DNA of 64,000 bases, taken from contig OZ024743.1 in assembly GCA_964016885.1 (NCBI GenBank), positions 217,434,001-217,498,000 of the forward strand, read 5' to 3'. The notes under the pieces were generated by a model, which was not told the origin of the DNA, made no database searches, and worked only from the letters and a program-made list of their open reading frames with translations. This stretch comes from Eledone cirrhosa. Taxonomy: Eukaryota. The translations under genes and the position numbers were made by a program. Shown in pieces: positions 40,136-53,407 of this stretch (positions are counted from its first letter, which is position 1; each line of letters starts with the position of its first letter).

Positions 40136-40246
40136 GTATTAACAATTGTTTCATTGATTAGGTGAGTCCAGAAGTCGCTAATCGCTCAAAGTTGTGCCAC
40201 TGGACCTCCATTACATTATTTACCTCTGACCAACTCCTCAGAATAC
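40136..40246 (-). ncRNA. pLTR type I hammerhead (GUU triplet)
   Basis: Minus strand gtatt-CTGAGGA-gttggtcag..ctaatcaat-GAA-ACAATTGT-T-aatac. Confidence 0.8.
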
Positions 40247-41175
40247 AAAAACAATTCACTCAAGGTAAGATATATATAGAGGAATAGCGTATAATCGAAA
40301 CAATAACATCAATAATAAAATATATATGATAAATAGGTAAAGAAGTTACAGATGTAAAAAGTAAAAAGTAAAAGATAATCAAAAAGATACAGTAAAAAAG
40401 TAAGAAAATAGAATAATAATACAAATAGAAAGAAATAAGGATAAGTGAGAGCATGTAAGTACAGAATATCGATGTGATGATGTGTATTCCATACGTTAAA
40501 ATCCTGGTGGTTTCTGTAGGCATAAAATATCTACCAATTTCACAAATTTGAAACCAACGTGATTCGAGCCAGCAATCCTAAAATTAGAACCGAACCACCT
40601 GGATTTTAACGTATGGAATACACACCATCACACCTCTATTAGCTATCAAACGGCCAACTGGTCCCTACATCATAAATCTCTTAATATCTCTTTCACCCTC
40701 TCTCCCTGAAACAGCATCAACCCCATTAAGACAAGACAATCAGCAAAACATTTACCATAAACATTTATCAAACCTTCCTTCACCATCCACCCTTAGCCCT
40801 TAAATGTCATTTAATTAATCTCTAATTTATTGCTTTTTCTTTTTTCTGTCACTACATCAGACCCTCTACACGTATTTATGTATGTTTCGAATAGTTAGCA
40901 CTAAACCCACCAAGAATCCTTATACGAACACTTACTCACCACCACCACTATCATATTCTGTACTTACATGCTCTCGCTTATCCTTATTTCTTTATATTTG
41001 TATTATTTTTCCATTTTCTTACTTTTTTACTGCATCTTTTTGATTATCTTATACTTTTTACTTTTTACATCTGTAACTTCTCTACCTATTTATCATATAT
41101 ATTTTATTATTGATGTTATTGTTTTGATTATACGCTATTTCTCTATATATATCTCACCTTGAGTGAATTGTTTTT

Positions 41176-41286
41176 GTATTCTGAGGAGTTGGTCAGAGGT
41201 AAATAATGTAATGGAGATCGAGTGACGCAACTTCGAGTGATTAGCGACCTCGAGACTCACCTGATCAATGAAACAATTGTCAATAC
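41176..41286 (+). ncRNA. pLTR type I hammerhead (GUC triplet), intact
   Basis: gtatt-CTGAGGA-gttggtcag..ctgatcaat-GAA-ACAATTGT-C-aatac, followed by AATAAA. Confidence 0.88.
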
Positions 41287-41354
41287 CTGAAATAAAGCCC
41301 CTTGTTGTACGGCCAACCATGTTATTCTTCATTCTTTCACTATATAAAAAAAAA

Positions 41355-41404
<50 letters not shown>

Positions 41405-44400
41405 GTGTGTGTATATATTATATATGAGGGGGGGTATTGATATATACATGTATATAATATGTAGGCATGTAAGCATGCCAGAAAAATGCGAATTTCTCTG
41501 TAAATTTAAAAAGATTATAAACATCTTTAATCGATTTTCGGATCGCATCAGAAAATATGTATATCACCCAATCAACCGCAAGGAAACATGTATTTGATAG
41601 GAATATAATACCCATTCGCTCATAGCATAATTCTGAAATAGACGTAGTAATTTACATATTATCAGCGCTGCAGCTGAAGTGTATAATAATGTTATGTGTA
41701 TGAAACTGATACTTCACAAACGCGTATAAATATATATACCTATCTAATATGTAGGTATAATTAAAGATATTTATCAATTTTTCAATTGACATGGACAACT
41801 ACTATAGTGCTGGTAGGAGATAGAAGTAGGTCAGTTTACTAAGGGAGGCCAGTTTCCTCTTTGGTTATTTTCTCTTGCTCTTAAAGGGGTTATAAACAAA
41901 TTATTTCAAGTTGATTTATCTAGTTCTTTATTATTTTATTGACAGTATAATTTTTAGGTTAACTCCCTGCAGGTGTCTACAGCCGGTCTACCCCTATCAC
42001 TTTCACATTGTTGAAGTATGCTTCTATGGAATGGTCAATTTTTTACACTGTCAAATAGGAAAGAGGGGGTGCACTTAAACTAGGTCATGAGTCTATGGTT
42101 ATGAGCGTGTGCGCAAGCCAGGTCAAAATGTAGTAAGTACGTGTCATCGTAGTCCGTGCATGTGTGTATGGTCATATATTAGTAGTATATCACGTGTGTT
42201 CAACTACACGTGACCGATTTATCACCCACATGGGCATACACGCAGACAGACACACAGCACATTCGCACCTGTGTGCACATATACACTTATACACATACCT
42301 GCAGGCATAAAGGTAAATGAATAGAGAAAATAAATACAGAAAGGAAGAAATCACATAATAAATATACGCGAGGATCGAACTTTAGATGCAAAAGGAATGG
42401 TTAATTCGGCTCCTAATCAGTGAGGGTAGTAGGTATTAAGTATGGAAGCGTGGTGTCAGCAGATGTTAAAGGAACTACCCAAGGGAAACGGAGGAGTCCA
42501 CCCCTCTGATTCATAGATTAACTAGTGCACTTGCACATCAAGATAGAAGGAGGATACGAAGTGATATGATATCTGGGTTATGTTTACGATTATGAGAGAG
42601 GGGAGTCAAAACAGATGAGCTAAACAAAGAGTTTTTTAGGTTTTGATCTTTTGTGCTTATTGATTATATGGGACCCTCCGTCTATAATTTCAATGGCTCC
42701 CGTAGTGCATAAGTCACAACCACTTGCCAAACATGTCCCCTCATACTGTTGTGCATTTATAAGCCTAGAACATGACAAGGAGTGTTGTGTACTGTCCTGC
42801 ATAAGCTCCCATAGTAGCCCATATAGTGACGTTTTCTCATGCCTGTCAATTCTTTTCAACACTGAGCATGATGGTAGATATCAACAGCTGCAACCAATAT
42901 GATATGAGCTTTCAGCCATGATGGATCTCACAGACTGAAAACACAAGCCAGTCCTTAATATATTTCATCTCTCTCTTTAGGAAACCTGAAGTTCCAAATT
43001 TTTAATAGAATATTATTCTTTTTAATTAACATCAAGTAATTTAGGCGCTTTTCTTTTTGACCTGCACCCACACCTTTTTCTTCTAGATTGCTTTCAGCTT
43101 AACGTATAACCTAAAATGTTTTTAAAAAAGCTTTATATTTCTTTCTGTATTAACCCACCTACAGTGATATATATCTGCTTTTCTTTACACGGGAAAATTA
43201 CCCCCTTTATATGTTACTCCCTGTATACCTATCACATCGTTACTAATTATTAACCCTTTTTTAGCAGTCTTCTATAAATGAGGATAAGGAACACGACCAT
43301 TTCTAAAAGGCCGAACAGAAGAATTGGCGACAATAAGACACTTGTATATTGTATTGCTTTGCAGCGCCTTTCCACATTCAGATATTTGAGATCCGCAAAG
43401 TAAGAACAAGCATTTTTTGTGGCAGATAGGGTATCGGAAGTGCCTCTGCGGAAATGAAATACAAGTAATACATTTTTATCGTCACTGAAAACCCTATATT
43501 GAAGCTTAGTATAGGTGGTGCAATCGAGATCCTCCGCTCACCTATGCGATTCTATGATCCGTTGTTGAGCTTAACAACTAGAACTTTGTACTGCGATGTC
43601 GATATACCTTTTCGTCATCGTGTGAGTTAATGACAGTAGCAGAGATGCACTGCATCTTAAAAGAAATGAGTCAGGGCGTACAAAGTGGGGTCGAAGTCAC
43701 TTTTGCAGCGTATATATATATATTTTATTGTCATTTTACAATCAGCTCAGGCTACAATCATAATGACGGACTTTGTAACTGCGTTGAGTACTTGGTAAAA
43801 CGAACCACCTGTAACTGTAGTTACATCTTACCTAAAACGCACACATACACACATACACACATGCACACAAACACACGCATGCACACAAACACATACATAT
43901 ATATAAATATTTACATATATAATATATATATATATATGTGTATATATATATATGTAATTATATATATGTGTATGTGTGTGTGTGTGTGTGTGAGTGTACA
44001 TTACTTATATGAATAAGTAATGTACATAATGTACACGTATATGTCTAAATTGTAGGCAAAAATAATTTATCATACGTTAGATATGTTAAATTCTATGTCA
44101 TTCAGATTCAACCATTTTCAGCATGCAAAAATATCATTATTCATTGTATTTGGTTTATTCTTCGTGTTTGACATCTACACATTTATCAATAATTCAAATA
44201 AATTTCCACTTTAACAATCAGTATTTGCTTGCTCTTACTTACAGTTTTGACAGAATAACTCTTATTGTTGATGTAGTCGACATTATTGTTTTGAAATCAT
44301 TATTCTTGCTTACACTTCTCTTTCCCAAACAAGGTTCTTCCACTTCATGATGTTGTTTGTGTTGTAGATGTCATCCGTTTTATTGCCTTTGCTGATTTTG

Positions 44401-45064
44401 ATATTGACGCTCAGCTTATAGTATTTTTTCTACTTTTCTAATGTTATTCTTAATGGTTTGTTTTGTTATGAACATTGACACTCCTATTGATCATACCTAC
44501 TTGTTGTTGATGATGTTTTTCAATATTATCGTTGATGTTAATGATGTGGATCAACATCGCCTTGAACCTTGATTAAGGAGAAGTATTTTCAAAAGCGTTC
44601 TAACCATGCAAATCCTCGTTTTTTATTATTTAAAGTTTCTCTTCGTTCTTATAGTTGTTGTTGTTGTGTATTGCTGCAATGTCAGACTTGATCAGGCAGA
44701 CCTATAATTAAATACATTCTATCTATTGCCATCTATTTTCACACATACTATATTTAGGAGAAGCATTATATAATATTTCCTTTTACTTTCAAGACAGTAG
44801 TCTATCATTTGAGAAATATTCAGCTACTATTCTTAGACGTTCAGCCAAATAAATTAGATGATTCACAATTTACAAATATATCATGTTTATGCGGTGATAG
44901 GGCCTACCTTTCAAGAGATGCTAAACAGTGAATCATTATGGTTGATAAGAAACTCTCGGGAGAACTGGACAGCAGAAGTTCCCCAGAGAAGGAAGCCCTC
45001 TCAAACAAATGTTTTGGCCCTTGTGAATATTAGACTAGCCCGCATAAAATTGTAAACTGAATTA

Positions 45065-45150
45065 AATATTAAAACATGTAATTAATCATTACATGTTTTA
45101 ATATTATATAGGCTTACAGATATATAGGCTTACAGATATATAGGCTTACA
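45065..45150. repeat. 18-bp-arm hairpin followed by 3 x 16-bp tandem repeat
   Basis: aatattaaaacatgtaat / attacatgttttaatatt, then (tatataggcttacaga)x3. Confidence 0.8.
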
Positions 45151-45499
45151 GAAAACTAGTTGAGATAGGAAGTAGCCGTATGGACTTCTAATAATTACAG
45201 ACAAAATTTGAGTTTGGCATTAGATAATTTTTCTAGGCACATGTAACCCCACAGGAATTAAGGCTGTATACATTTATTCCACGCACGTTTTTATCTGTTG
45301 AAATAATAATTAATCTGAAAAAACTCAGTGTATACAAATTTTGGTTTTCATTATTGTTTTCTAATTGTTCAACACATAAAATGTGGGTATGGCGCAGCAT
45401 CTACAAAAAACAAAACACACAATTAAAGGGAACAGGAAGGAAGTAGAACGGAAAAGAGAAAAAGAAAGCAGGTTCAAGTGACGAATGAAAGGGAGAGGG

Positions 45500-45780
45500 A
45501 GAGGCACAGTTACTACACGCCAGTCTGAGCAGTGGCTCAGTCGCGCCCCATGGCAATACGGCAAAATCGTTACCGCCGAGAATGGTCAGATACATCCACT
45601 GCAACAGCCACCCCACATCCCGAGGCTCCTTCTTCAAGCAGGCCAGCGTCTTTCTGACTGACTGAGGAAGTCAGAAGTGAGGGGCCCAATTACGCCAGAA
45701 GTTTCCTCAGAGACAGTTACAAAGAGGAAGCTGTCGGTCAGGCTCCACTGATCAGCACCGTTTTTCTGATACACAGGAAT
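45500..45780 (-). pseudogene. possible decayed L1/Tx1 ORF1 fragment
   Basis: GC-richer patch; EPRDVGWLL weakly resembles TPNIDIWWIL in the 21.6 kb ORF1. Confidence 0.3.
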
Positions 45781-46491
45781 TAAATGCAAATTCCCCCATG
45801 GTAGGGTGTGAGACCAGAACGTAATGATACGTATTTAAATACCGAAAAATACGTTTCATCCACACCTCTACTGATTCTGGTGATTGGTGTGTAGCATTGG
45901 CACAACATCAATACGTGTCATGGAAGAGGATATTGGTGAAATAGACCAATGCTTATTTTATTCACTCTGGAAAGTTCAAAGACAAAATCGACCCAGGTGG
46001 AAGATTTGATTTGGTATTTTTAATCGTCTTTTCTACAAAATTCCCCGAGATCTATAATTATAGTTAGTCCAGCTGACTGAGAACTCTTTTGTAAATATAA
46101 CCAATAAGAGAGCTGCTAGGTATAGTATCCCTATATATTTCACCCAAAGCACAACTTACTGTCTTAAAAAAAGTAAATCATTTGATTATGAAGTCCGTAA
46201 CAGTATTTCGGAAAATGAAGAGGAATGGCCACTACTGGAAAGGCTTCAATCGTAGATCTTCTCGATATGCAACAACAATAAACACATAATTTTCTTCATT
46301 ATTCTATTTCTAAATATTGAATAACTGTTGAATTTTCAACTGTTGACCGCTCAATAATTAATTATTAATTACTTTTAGAATCTTATTATATTTCATCAAA
46401 TATTCTAATTATGATATAATTAACAACAAACCGTTGCTGATAAGTTTGGCAATTTAGTCAAAAATTCATTGTGTATTTGTGATACAATGAA

Positions 46492-46492
<1 letters not shown>

Positions 46493-46522
<30 letters not shown>

Positions 46523-46720
46523 CTTCTTCTTCTTCTTCTTCTTCTTCTTCTTCTTCTTCTTCTTCTTCTTCTTCTTCTTCTTCTTCTTCTTCTTCTTCTT
46601 CTTCTTCTTCTTCTTCTTCTTCTTCTTCTTCTTCTTCTTCTTCTTCTCAGCCCACTTATTACCGAGACGACCCTAAGGAAAGAGTTCTCAAACACACCTT
46701 CCAGCGGGTCCTGTCAGGAA
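46493..46720 (-). mobile_element. RTE-like LINE extreme 3' end with (GAA)n tail of about 50 units
   Basis: Minus strand PDRTRWKVCLRTL..stop, directly followed by (GAA)n at 46493-46647. Confidence 0.6.
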
Positions 46721-46759
46721 AAACCATTTCCAATTGAACCGTTGCAGTGTATGCAACAA

Positions 46760-47150
46760 ACAAAGAGTTTGATGATGTCCTTGCAGCGCTAGATGTAGTT
46801 AAAGCTGAGTAATATGTTCTAATGGGAGACTTCAATGCAAATGTTGGCACCAAGCACATGACATGGAATCGAGTGGCTGGAAGGAACGGTCATCCCGATC
46901 CATGTAGAAATGGAGAGGCTTTAATACAAATCCGTTCTACTAATGGGCTCTCAGTTATGAACTCCATCTTCCAGCCCAGAGATACACACATATATACATA
47001 GCATGAGGTGATCCTGGGACATATATCAATAACTGATTTTGTTATTTATTCTATTCGATTCTGGGCTTGATTTCCGTGTTAAGTGAAGTGCTGAGTTGTC
47101 AACTAATCTCCATCTGCAACTCCTGACTATCCAAAGTCAAAGTAGCCCAC
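46760..47150 (+). pseudogene. RTE-like AP endonuclease fragment
   Basis: VLMGDFNANVG, GRNG..NGEALI..NGLSVMNSIF..YT, I.DFVI. Confidence 0.8.
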
Positions 47151-48021
47151 AAAATGAGCAGGTAAGGTCTACCCACAATATAAAGTGTGAAGTGTTGGCA
47201 GATAAAGAAGTCAGGACCAGGCAGGCGCATACTATTGTATACAAATTCAGAGAGCTCTTTAAAAAAATATGAGTACGTTTATACGAAGTGAAAATTGGTC
47301 AGCTCGGTTGTTTCTGGTTCAGCTGTTAAATACTGTGGGCAAAAGTGTTTTGGTTTGGCGCCCAGCGGCTAGAGGAACTCTTAATATCGATCAGAACAGC
47401 ATCTGCGTGAGTGTTCATCTGGAAGAAATGACTAATCTCTCGAAGGCTTAGGTCACAAGAGCAATTAAATAGTGAATTACTATGGTGATATGTATCTGTC
47501 TTCCACACAGTCTCTCACTCTTTATATTTTTCTCTCAACATTTTGTTATTTTGTATTGGAAAAGTATTTACAGATTACGACCATCTCGGCTTACAATCAG
47601 ACTTATTCGTGAACCGAGGTTCTACTGTATAGAAATGTGCTATTTGAATGAAACCTGAAATGGGATTTCGGTTATTCCGATATAAAATTTTGTCGTAGAG
47701 TCTACAGATTCTAAATCTACTATGCATACTATGATTTTGAAAGTCATTGCCCATTATGACATGCGGTATTTACAGAACTCAATCAATAATTAAATAAAGA
47801 TCGTGTATATAGGACGGGTAAGCAACGAAGAAAACCACCACCTGTGTTCATCAGTTCCACCCCAGTCTAGTTACATATCATCTTCAAATACTTCTTATAA
47901 TCTTTAAGGATTATAATTCAACAATTGTATGAAAAGCGATTTTTTCTTTTGCATTTTGATGGCAGGTATGTATGTGCTTTGTTTGTGTTTTATTTTACTA
48001 TTATTTTTGTATTTTTATCAG

Positions 48022-48078
<57 letters not shown>

Positions 48079-49064
48079 AAACACTGATGAAAAAAAATAA
48101 AATATATATATTGTTATTGTTGGCTGTTGTTCGGTTTTGTTGATTCCACTACGAACCAAATCGTACAAACATAGAATGCCATAAATTTTCAAATTATAAT
48201 CATATATTTTTACAAAAAGAAAAAGAACAAACGAAAATATTGCCCCCTGTATTTTATCGATTGTTCGGTCTTTCGCAGCATGGGATCCATTTCTGTAAAT
48301 AGTTAAATGAATTAGATTTATTTGAAGTTAAAAATATAGGTATGTGTACAGATAGGTAGCTCATATTAATGAGTTGTATTGTATAAATGTGAATTTGAAG
48401 TTTTATAAAACCTAGCTGGAGACACGTACTGTTAAAATGTCAAATTAAACTACAAAACTAGGAAGAAGATAAATTGGTTTGCTAATTAAATGTAAGAGAC
48501 TGTCTAAAAGAATGATCCTAACGTAGCATATGTTTCACAACATCGATGTGATGTTTCAAAACTCTGATCGATACCTAACAAATATAAATAGTAAGTACTA
48601 CGTGCAATTTGATTCCGACATTTTTCAAGACAAAATGAACATAAATAAAAATAACATCGTAATGCCGTACTTAAAAACATGTTGTTTTCCATTTCTATTT
48701 CAGAATATTCTAATAGTACAATACCCTTATTTTGTTTCCGGAAAATGTCTCAGTAATCTCTGTAGAAATAATTCACAAACGTCGCGGTGGCAATCTTGAA
48801 ATAACAATATAGCATTATCTTTTTCTTCCTATTGTTTACCATGTTTTATAGGAGACAATTTGAAGCTATTTAATTGCATACAGTTTTTTTGTATTGCTTC
48901 CATCATTTTGACAAATAGATCCGTGCTCTGTGCTTAAGAATTTTACGCAGACACAAAACAATATACAAGCATACGCACGCACACACACACATTTATATAT
49001 TTATATATATGTAAGTATGTGGTGTATGTACATGTATAATATACATGTGTATGTATATATCTAT

Positions 49065-49149
<85 letters not shown>

Positions 49150-49574
49150 GATATATAAACACACATATATAAACACACTTATATATATATATACATATGG
49201 AGGGTACTTGTGTGTGTATGAGTGTGTGTAAATTATGTAAGTGCATATATATACTTGCATCACATACAAGCATACATACATAGTTAGATATATACGTGCG
49301 TATCTCTTTATTATTGTTTGAAGTTAACAATAACATAAATTTTCACAATTCTGTACCTCAGCGGGATATTATTAGAATATATAAACAAATGTTTAAAAAT
49401 TAAATCTATTATTTTAATATAGATTATAAGTATCAATTTGATAAAGAACAGATGATGCATCAGCCTGACTCGCATCACTTATTTGTCGATTACCGGAAGA
49501 ACATATTGCGAATTACATTATTTCCCGTCAAATTATTTGCCTTTCTTATATTCATATACATATATATATAAGTC

Positions 49575-49776
49575 TAAAGTTTGTCTTAAGCCGGTTCTTA
49601 CACCAGTCCATCGCAGGGTTAAACCCCCACCTATTGCAAGTACTCATTTTCAGCTGAGTATATTGGAGCTACGTGAAATGAAGTATTTTACTCAAGAACA
49701 CAGCACGCAACCCAGGAATTGAACCCTCAAGGTTATGATCTTAGGTACAATACCCTTACCACTAGGCTGCGTGCCT

Positions 49777-49777
<1 letters not shown>
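49575..49777 (-). mobile_element. tRNA-derived SINE (family B)
   Basis: Minus head GCCTAGTGGTAAGG..GGTTCAATTCC; gtgttcttgagtaaaatacttcatttcacg body. Confidence 0.75.
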
Positions 49778-49817
<40 letters not shown>

Positions 49818-49860
49818 TTTTTTTTTTTTTCCTGGACTTTTCCGATGGAATTACTTCATT

Positions 49861-49986
<126 letters not shown>

Positions 49987-50178
49987 TATGTGTGTGTGTG
50001 TGTGTGTGTACAATGTGGTCTCAAAGACCGGGATGGATTGCGAATGTTTTAGAATTAATAGAATAAGAAAAACTGAAGGCATGTATAGTCATAAAAATTA
50101 CCTCAAAGGACAGAGAATGTGTTGGCCCGCGGAAGGGATAGGAAGAAAGAAATAAAGGAGAAAAGGAACGAGACAAGG

Positions 50179-50274
<96 letters not shown>

Positions 50275-51257
50275 CTTTTGACTTCTTCAGCTATCGGACC
50301 GGTTGTGATTTCACACAATTTAATTGAGGGGACCACATAAATTTGCCGTCCCGTGCAACAGAAAAATGATTACTTCTGGTGATAGGATATGTGCGCGGTA
50401 AAACAAACAAACTAAATAGACAGACAGATAGATCAGAGAGAGAGGGGGAAGTAAGATGTGACCTCTCGGCACCAAGTTGCCGCTAGAATAGACAGCAAAA
50501 GCCCCGAGGTGGCGGAAGTGGCAGAATACTTACGTGACAAGAAGGGGTAGTCGGTGGAAGAAGGGGGAAGAGAAAAGCGGGAAAGTAGGAGAAAGGACGG
50601 AAGAAGTGGAAAAGTAAAGAGACGGAAGACGATAAAAAAAAAAGAAGCAGCAAAAAAGGAGAGTGGAAGGGCGGGTGAGGAGTAAGGCGAAAGATAAAAG
50701 AAAAGAAATAAAGGGAATGAAAGTTGTCAACGACCCTCATACGATGGTATCCGTCTGAAATAAAACCTGATATAAACATGATATGCATATAAACAATTGT
50801 GTCTCGAAAACCGAGATGGAGCGCGAATATATTAGAATTCATAGAATAATGCGCAAACTCAACACATATAGATTATATGAGTTGATGAAGGCAGTCATAT
50901 ATTTAAAGCACTAATGTAATTTTCTCCAAATCCAGATTGGCGAAGACAGATCAGAGTTAAATCCAATTTGTAAATTCCCACTCATCGTAGTATCACCAAA
51001 TCACAATAAATGAAAAACTAATCATCATGATCCAACACATTAATACATTATTTAATTGATTTACATACGAAGATCTTCATATCTGGAGACACGGGAACTT
51101 GTCGTCGGTAAATATATTTCTTTTCTTATATTATCAACTGTTTCTGACCATTTCTCTACAAAGGAATTAAATGCTATCTCTTATTGAATTTGAATGAAAT
51201 ATATGTATATCAATTAAATAATGTATTAATGTATTGAATCTTGGTAATTAATGTTTC

Positions 51258-51290
<33 letters not shown>

Positions 51291-51378
51291 AGCCAGACAC
51301 GCAGATGTTTCTTTCCCCTTCCAGACATAAAGCGTGAAACTAAGAAGTTTTGCACCTCTGTTTGTTATCTCCTTTAAC

Positions 51379-51430
<52 letters not shown>

Positions 51431-51514
51431 GTTGTATATAGAAAAATGCTTCCGAAGGCGCTATGCCGGTTGAGCACTCGATGCTCACGCAGAGTGTAAT
51501 GATATCATTTTTTT

Positions 51515-51696
51515 TTTCTACTTTTGGCACAAAGCTAGTAAATATCCAGTGCATTACTGGTACTTTATTTTATCGACACCGTAAGGATGAAAATCAAAGT
51601 TAACCGTGACGAGATTTTAACTCAGACCGTAAAGGGGCGTAACTCTGCTAGAAAGCATGGCGTCCGACCCTCTACCGATACTGCTAATTCACCCGA
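51515..51696 (-). mobile_element. tRNA-derived SINE (family A)
   Basis: Colinear with 23197-23380. Confidence 0.85.
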
Positions 51697-51698
51697 AA

Positions 51699-51985
51699 TA
51701 TAAGGAAGAAGGATTCAGTGTTGCATCATAACATATTTAATAACACTGTCGATCAGCTCGAGGCAAGACTCTGTAATTGAAAGGTATTCAGTTATGCTTA
51801 GTATATGAATTCGTCTCCGATTCTATGTGTCACACTCTACTAAGCGTATCTGACGACCTTTCGATTACAGAGTCAGGTTCAATCTATAATAGGTCTTGCC
51901 TCGAGATTATGGATAGTGAAACATATGTAATATGTTATTAAATATGTTATGATACAACACTGAATCCTTTTTCCTAATCCTTATA
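51699..51985. mobile_element. fold-back (MITE-like) element
   Basis: aaggattcagtgttg..ataacatatttaataaca / tgttattaaatatgttat..caacactgaatcctt, with inner pairs ctcgaggcaagac/gtcttgcctcgag and gactctgtaat/attacagagtc. Confidence 0.8.
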
Positions 51986-52171
51986 GTATACAGACACTCA
52001 CACACACACACACTGTATATATATATATATATATATATATACAGTTAGAATATATATATATATGATGTCTACAAAGAATACTGGTTGTTCACGCGGAGGA
52101 ATATCTGTGAATAACCAGCTCACTTTGCTGAAAGTTCACCTGATCATGTAGAATAAATAGAACTCTCTGTA

Positions 52172-52486
52172 ATTTTGAAAGTAGGTTTATAAGTATGAAT
52201 TTTCATAAAATTTTCGTAGTTGTATTTGTGGCCTAGCGGTAGGTAATAGAGACGGTGGAGATCCTGACCTTCGGTTCAATCCTGGTCAGGAAGTTCATAT
52301 AAACTTTTCAGTTTTTATTTTACAATCAATAGAAACAAACTGAAATGGTTTACCGGGAATCCCTACTCCCGACCAGGATCGAACTTCAGATCAGGATCAA
52401 CACCGTCTAAGATTCCTCCATCTAGGCCAACGAGGCAGCTACAAAAGTGTAATGAAAATTGATAATTATAAACCTATTTTCAAAAT
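52172..52486. mobile_element. palindromic element with a tRNA-like segment in each arm
   Basis: Termini attttgaaa.taggtttataa / ttataaacctattttcaaaat; A-box TGGCCTAG and B-box GTTCRATCC on opposite strands. Confidence 0.7.
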
Positions 52487-52779
52487 CAAAGTTAAAAAGA
52501 TATGGTGTCATTCACGGCTTTCCTAGAGCTATTAGTAATATTTTGGGTCGACTTCTGGTCATTATTGAAAGTCTCTGGATTTTGCAAAATACATAATATT
52601 TTTTATTGGAGAAGGAAAGATATTTTTCCGCAAAAATTTGATTGCACTGTTTTGTTCCACTTATGTATTTTTCGAAAATGTTATTTATTCATTATAAAAA
52701 TTAAATGATAGCACTCTATTTGTAGGTAGGCCCCCTTCAACTCCTGGCAACCAATATTTTAGACCCAGTCCGCCACTGC

Positions 52780-52935
52780 TTGTCATCATGATGTTTGTGT
52801 TTGAGATTCCTTGACTAAAAGATACGATATGTTCTTGAATAAAAAAACACTTCATTTCACGTGGAGCCTGTACACTCAACTGATAATACGCAAAAGCTGC
52901 AGATTAACCCTGGTATTCCCTGGTGTCTTGTTTCA
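52780..52935 (+). mobile_element. degenerate SINE (family B)
   Basis: tgttcttgaataaaaaaacacttcatttcacgtgg..cactcaactga matches the reverse complement of 49575-49777. Confidence 0.55.
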
Positions 52936-53319
52936 CAAGGAGCCATATACTCTAATTCGATTACCGCCGTAGAAAGATGAATCAGGCGTTAAGGAATATG
53001 TCAAATAAAATCTTGTAATTCTACACAAACAAAATAGTTGCAACAAGAAACGATTTCTACAAATATAATCTTAGAAAAGCATGTAAAATGCCCCAGCAGA
53101 GCATCGAATATCGTATCTTTCAAAATCTGACAGATTTCTCTAATGTTTGAGCTAAGGGACCTCTGGCGATAGACGCCGTCTAAATTAAAGGGAAATACCT
53201 GACATTTGGATGCAATAACATTCTATACAATCTATTGGTGTGCCGGGTAATTTGAAATTCTTTTAGGAAATTTAGAGTTCCCGATATAACCTTAACATCA
53301 GTCGATTGCTATAAATAAT

Positions 53320-53407
53320 TGTTTCTACTTTTGGCACAAGGCCAGCAAATACCCAGTGCATTATTGGTACTTTATTTTATCGACCTCGTAAGGATGAAAG
53401 GCAAAGT
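53320..53407 (-). mobile_element. 5'-truncated SINE (family A) with 18-bp TSD
   Basis: TSD tcgattgctataaataat at 53302-53319 and 53408-53425. Confidence 0.88.

Larger units (their letters stand above)
36541..41341 (-). mobile_element. full-length Naiad-like Penelope-like element with direct and inverted pseudo-LTRs
   Basis: 3' pLTR 36541-~37540; direct partial copy 39918-40512 upstream of the ORF; inverted copy 40515-41341. Confidence 0.92.

Noticed and set aside
42620-42902. Coding-looking patch, possible transposase remnant
   Set aside because: No motif recognised in any frame
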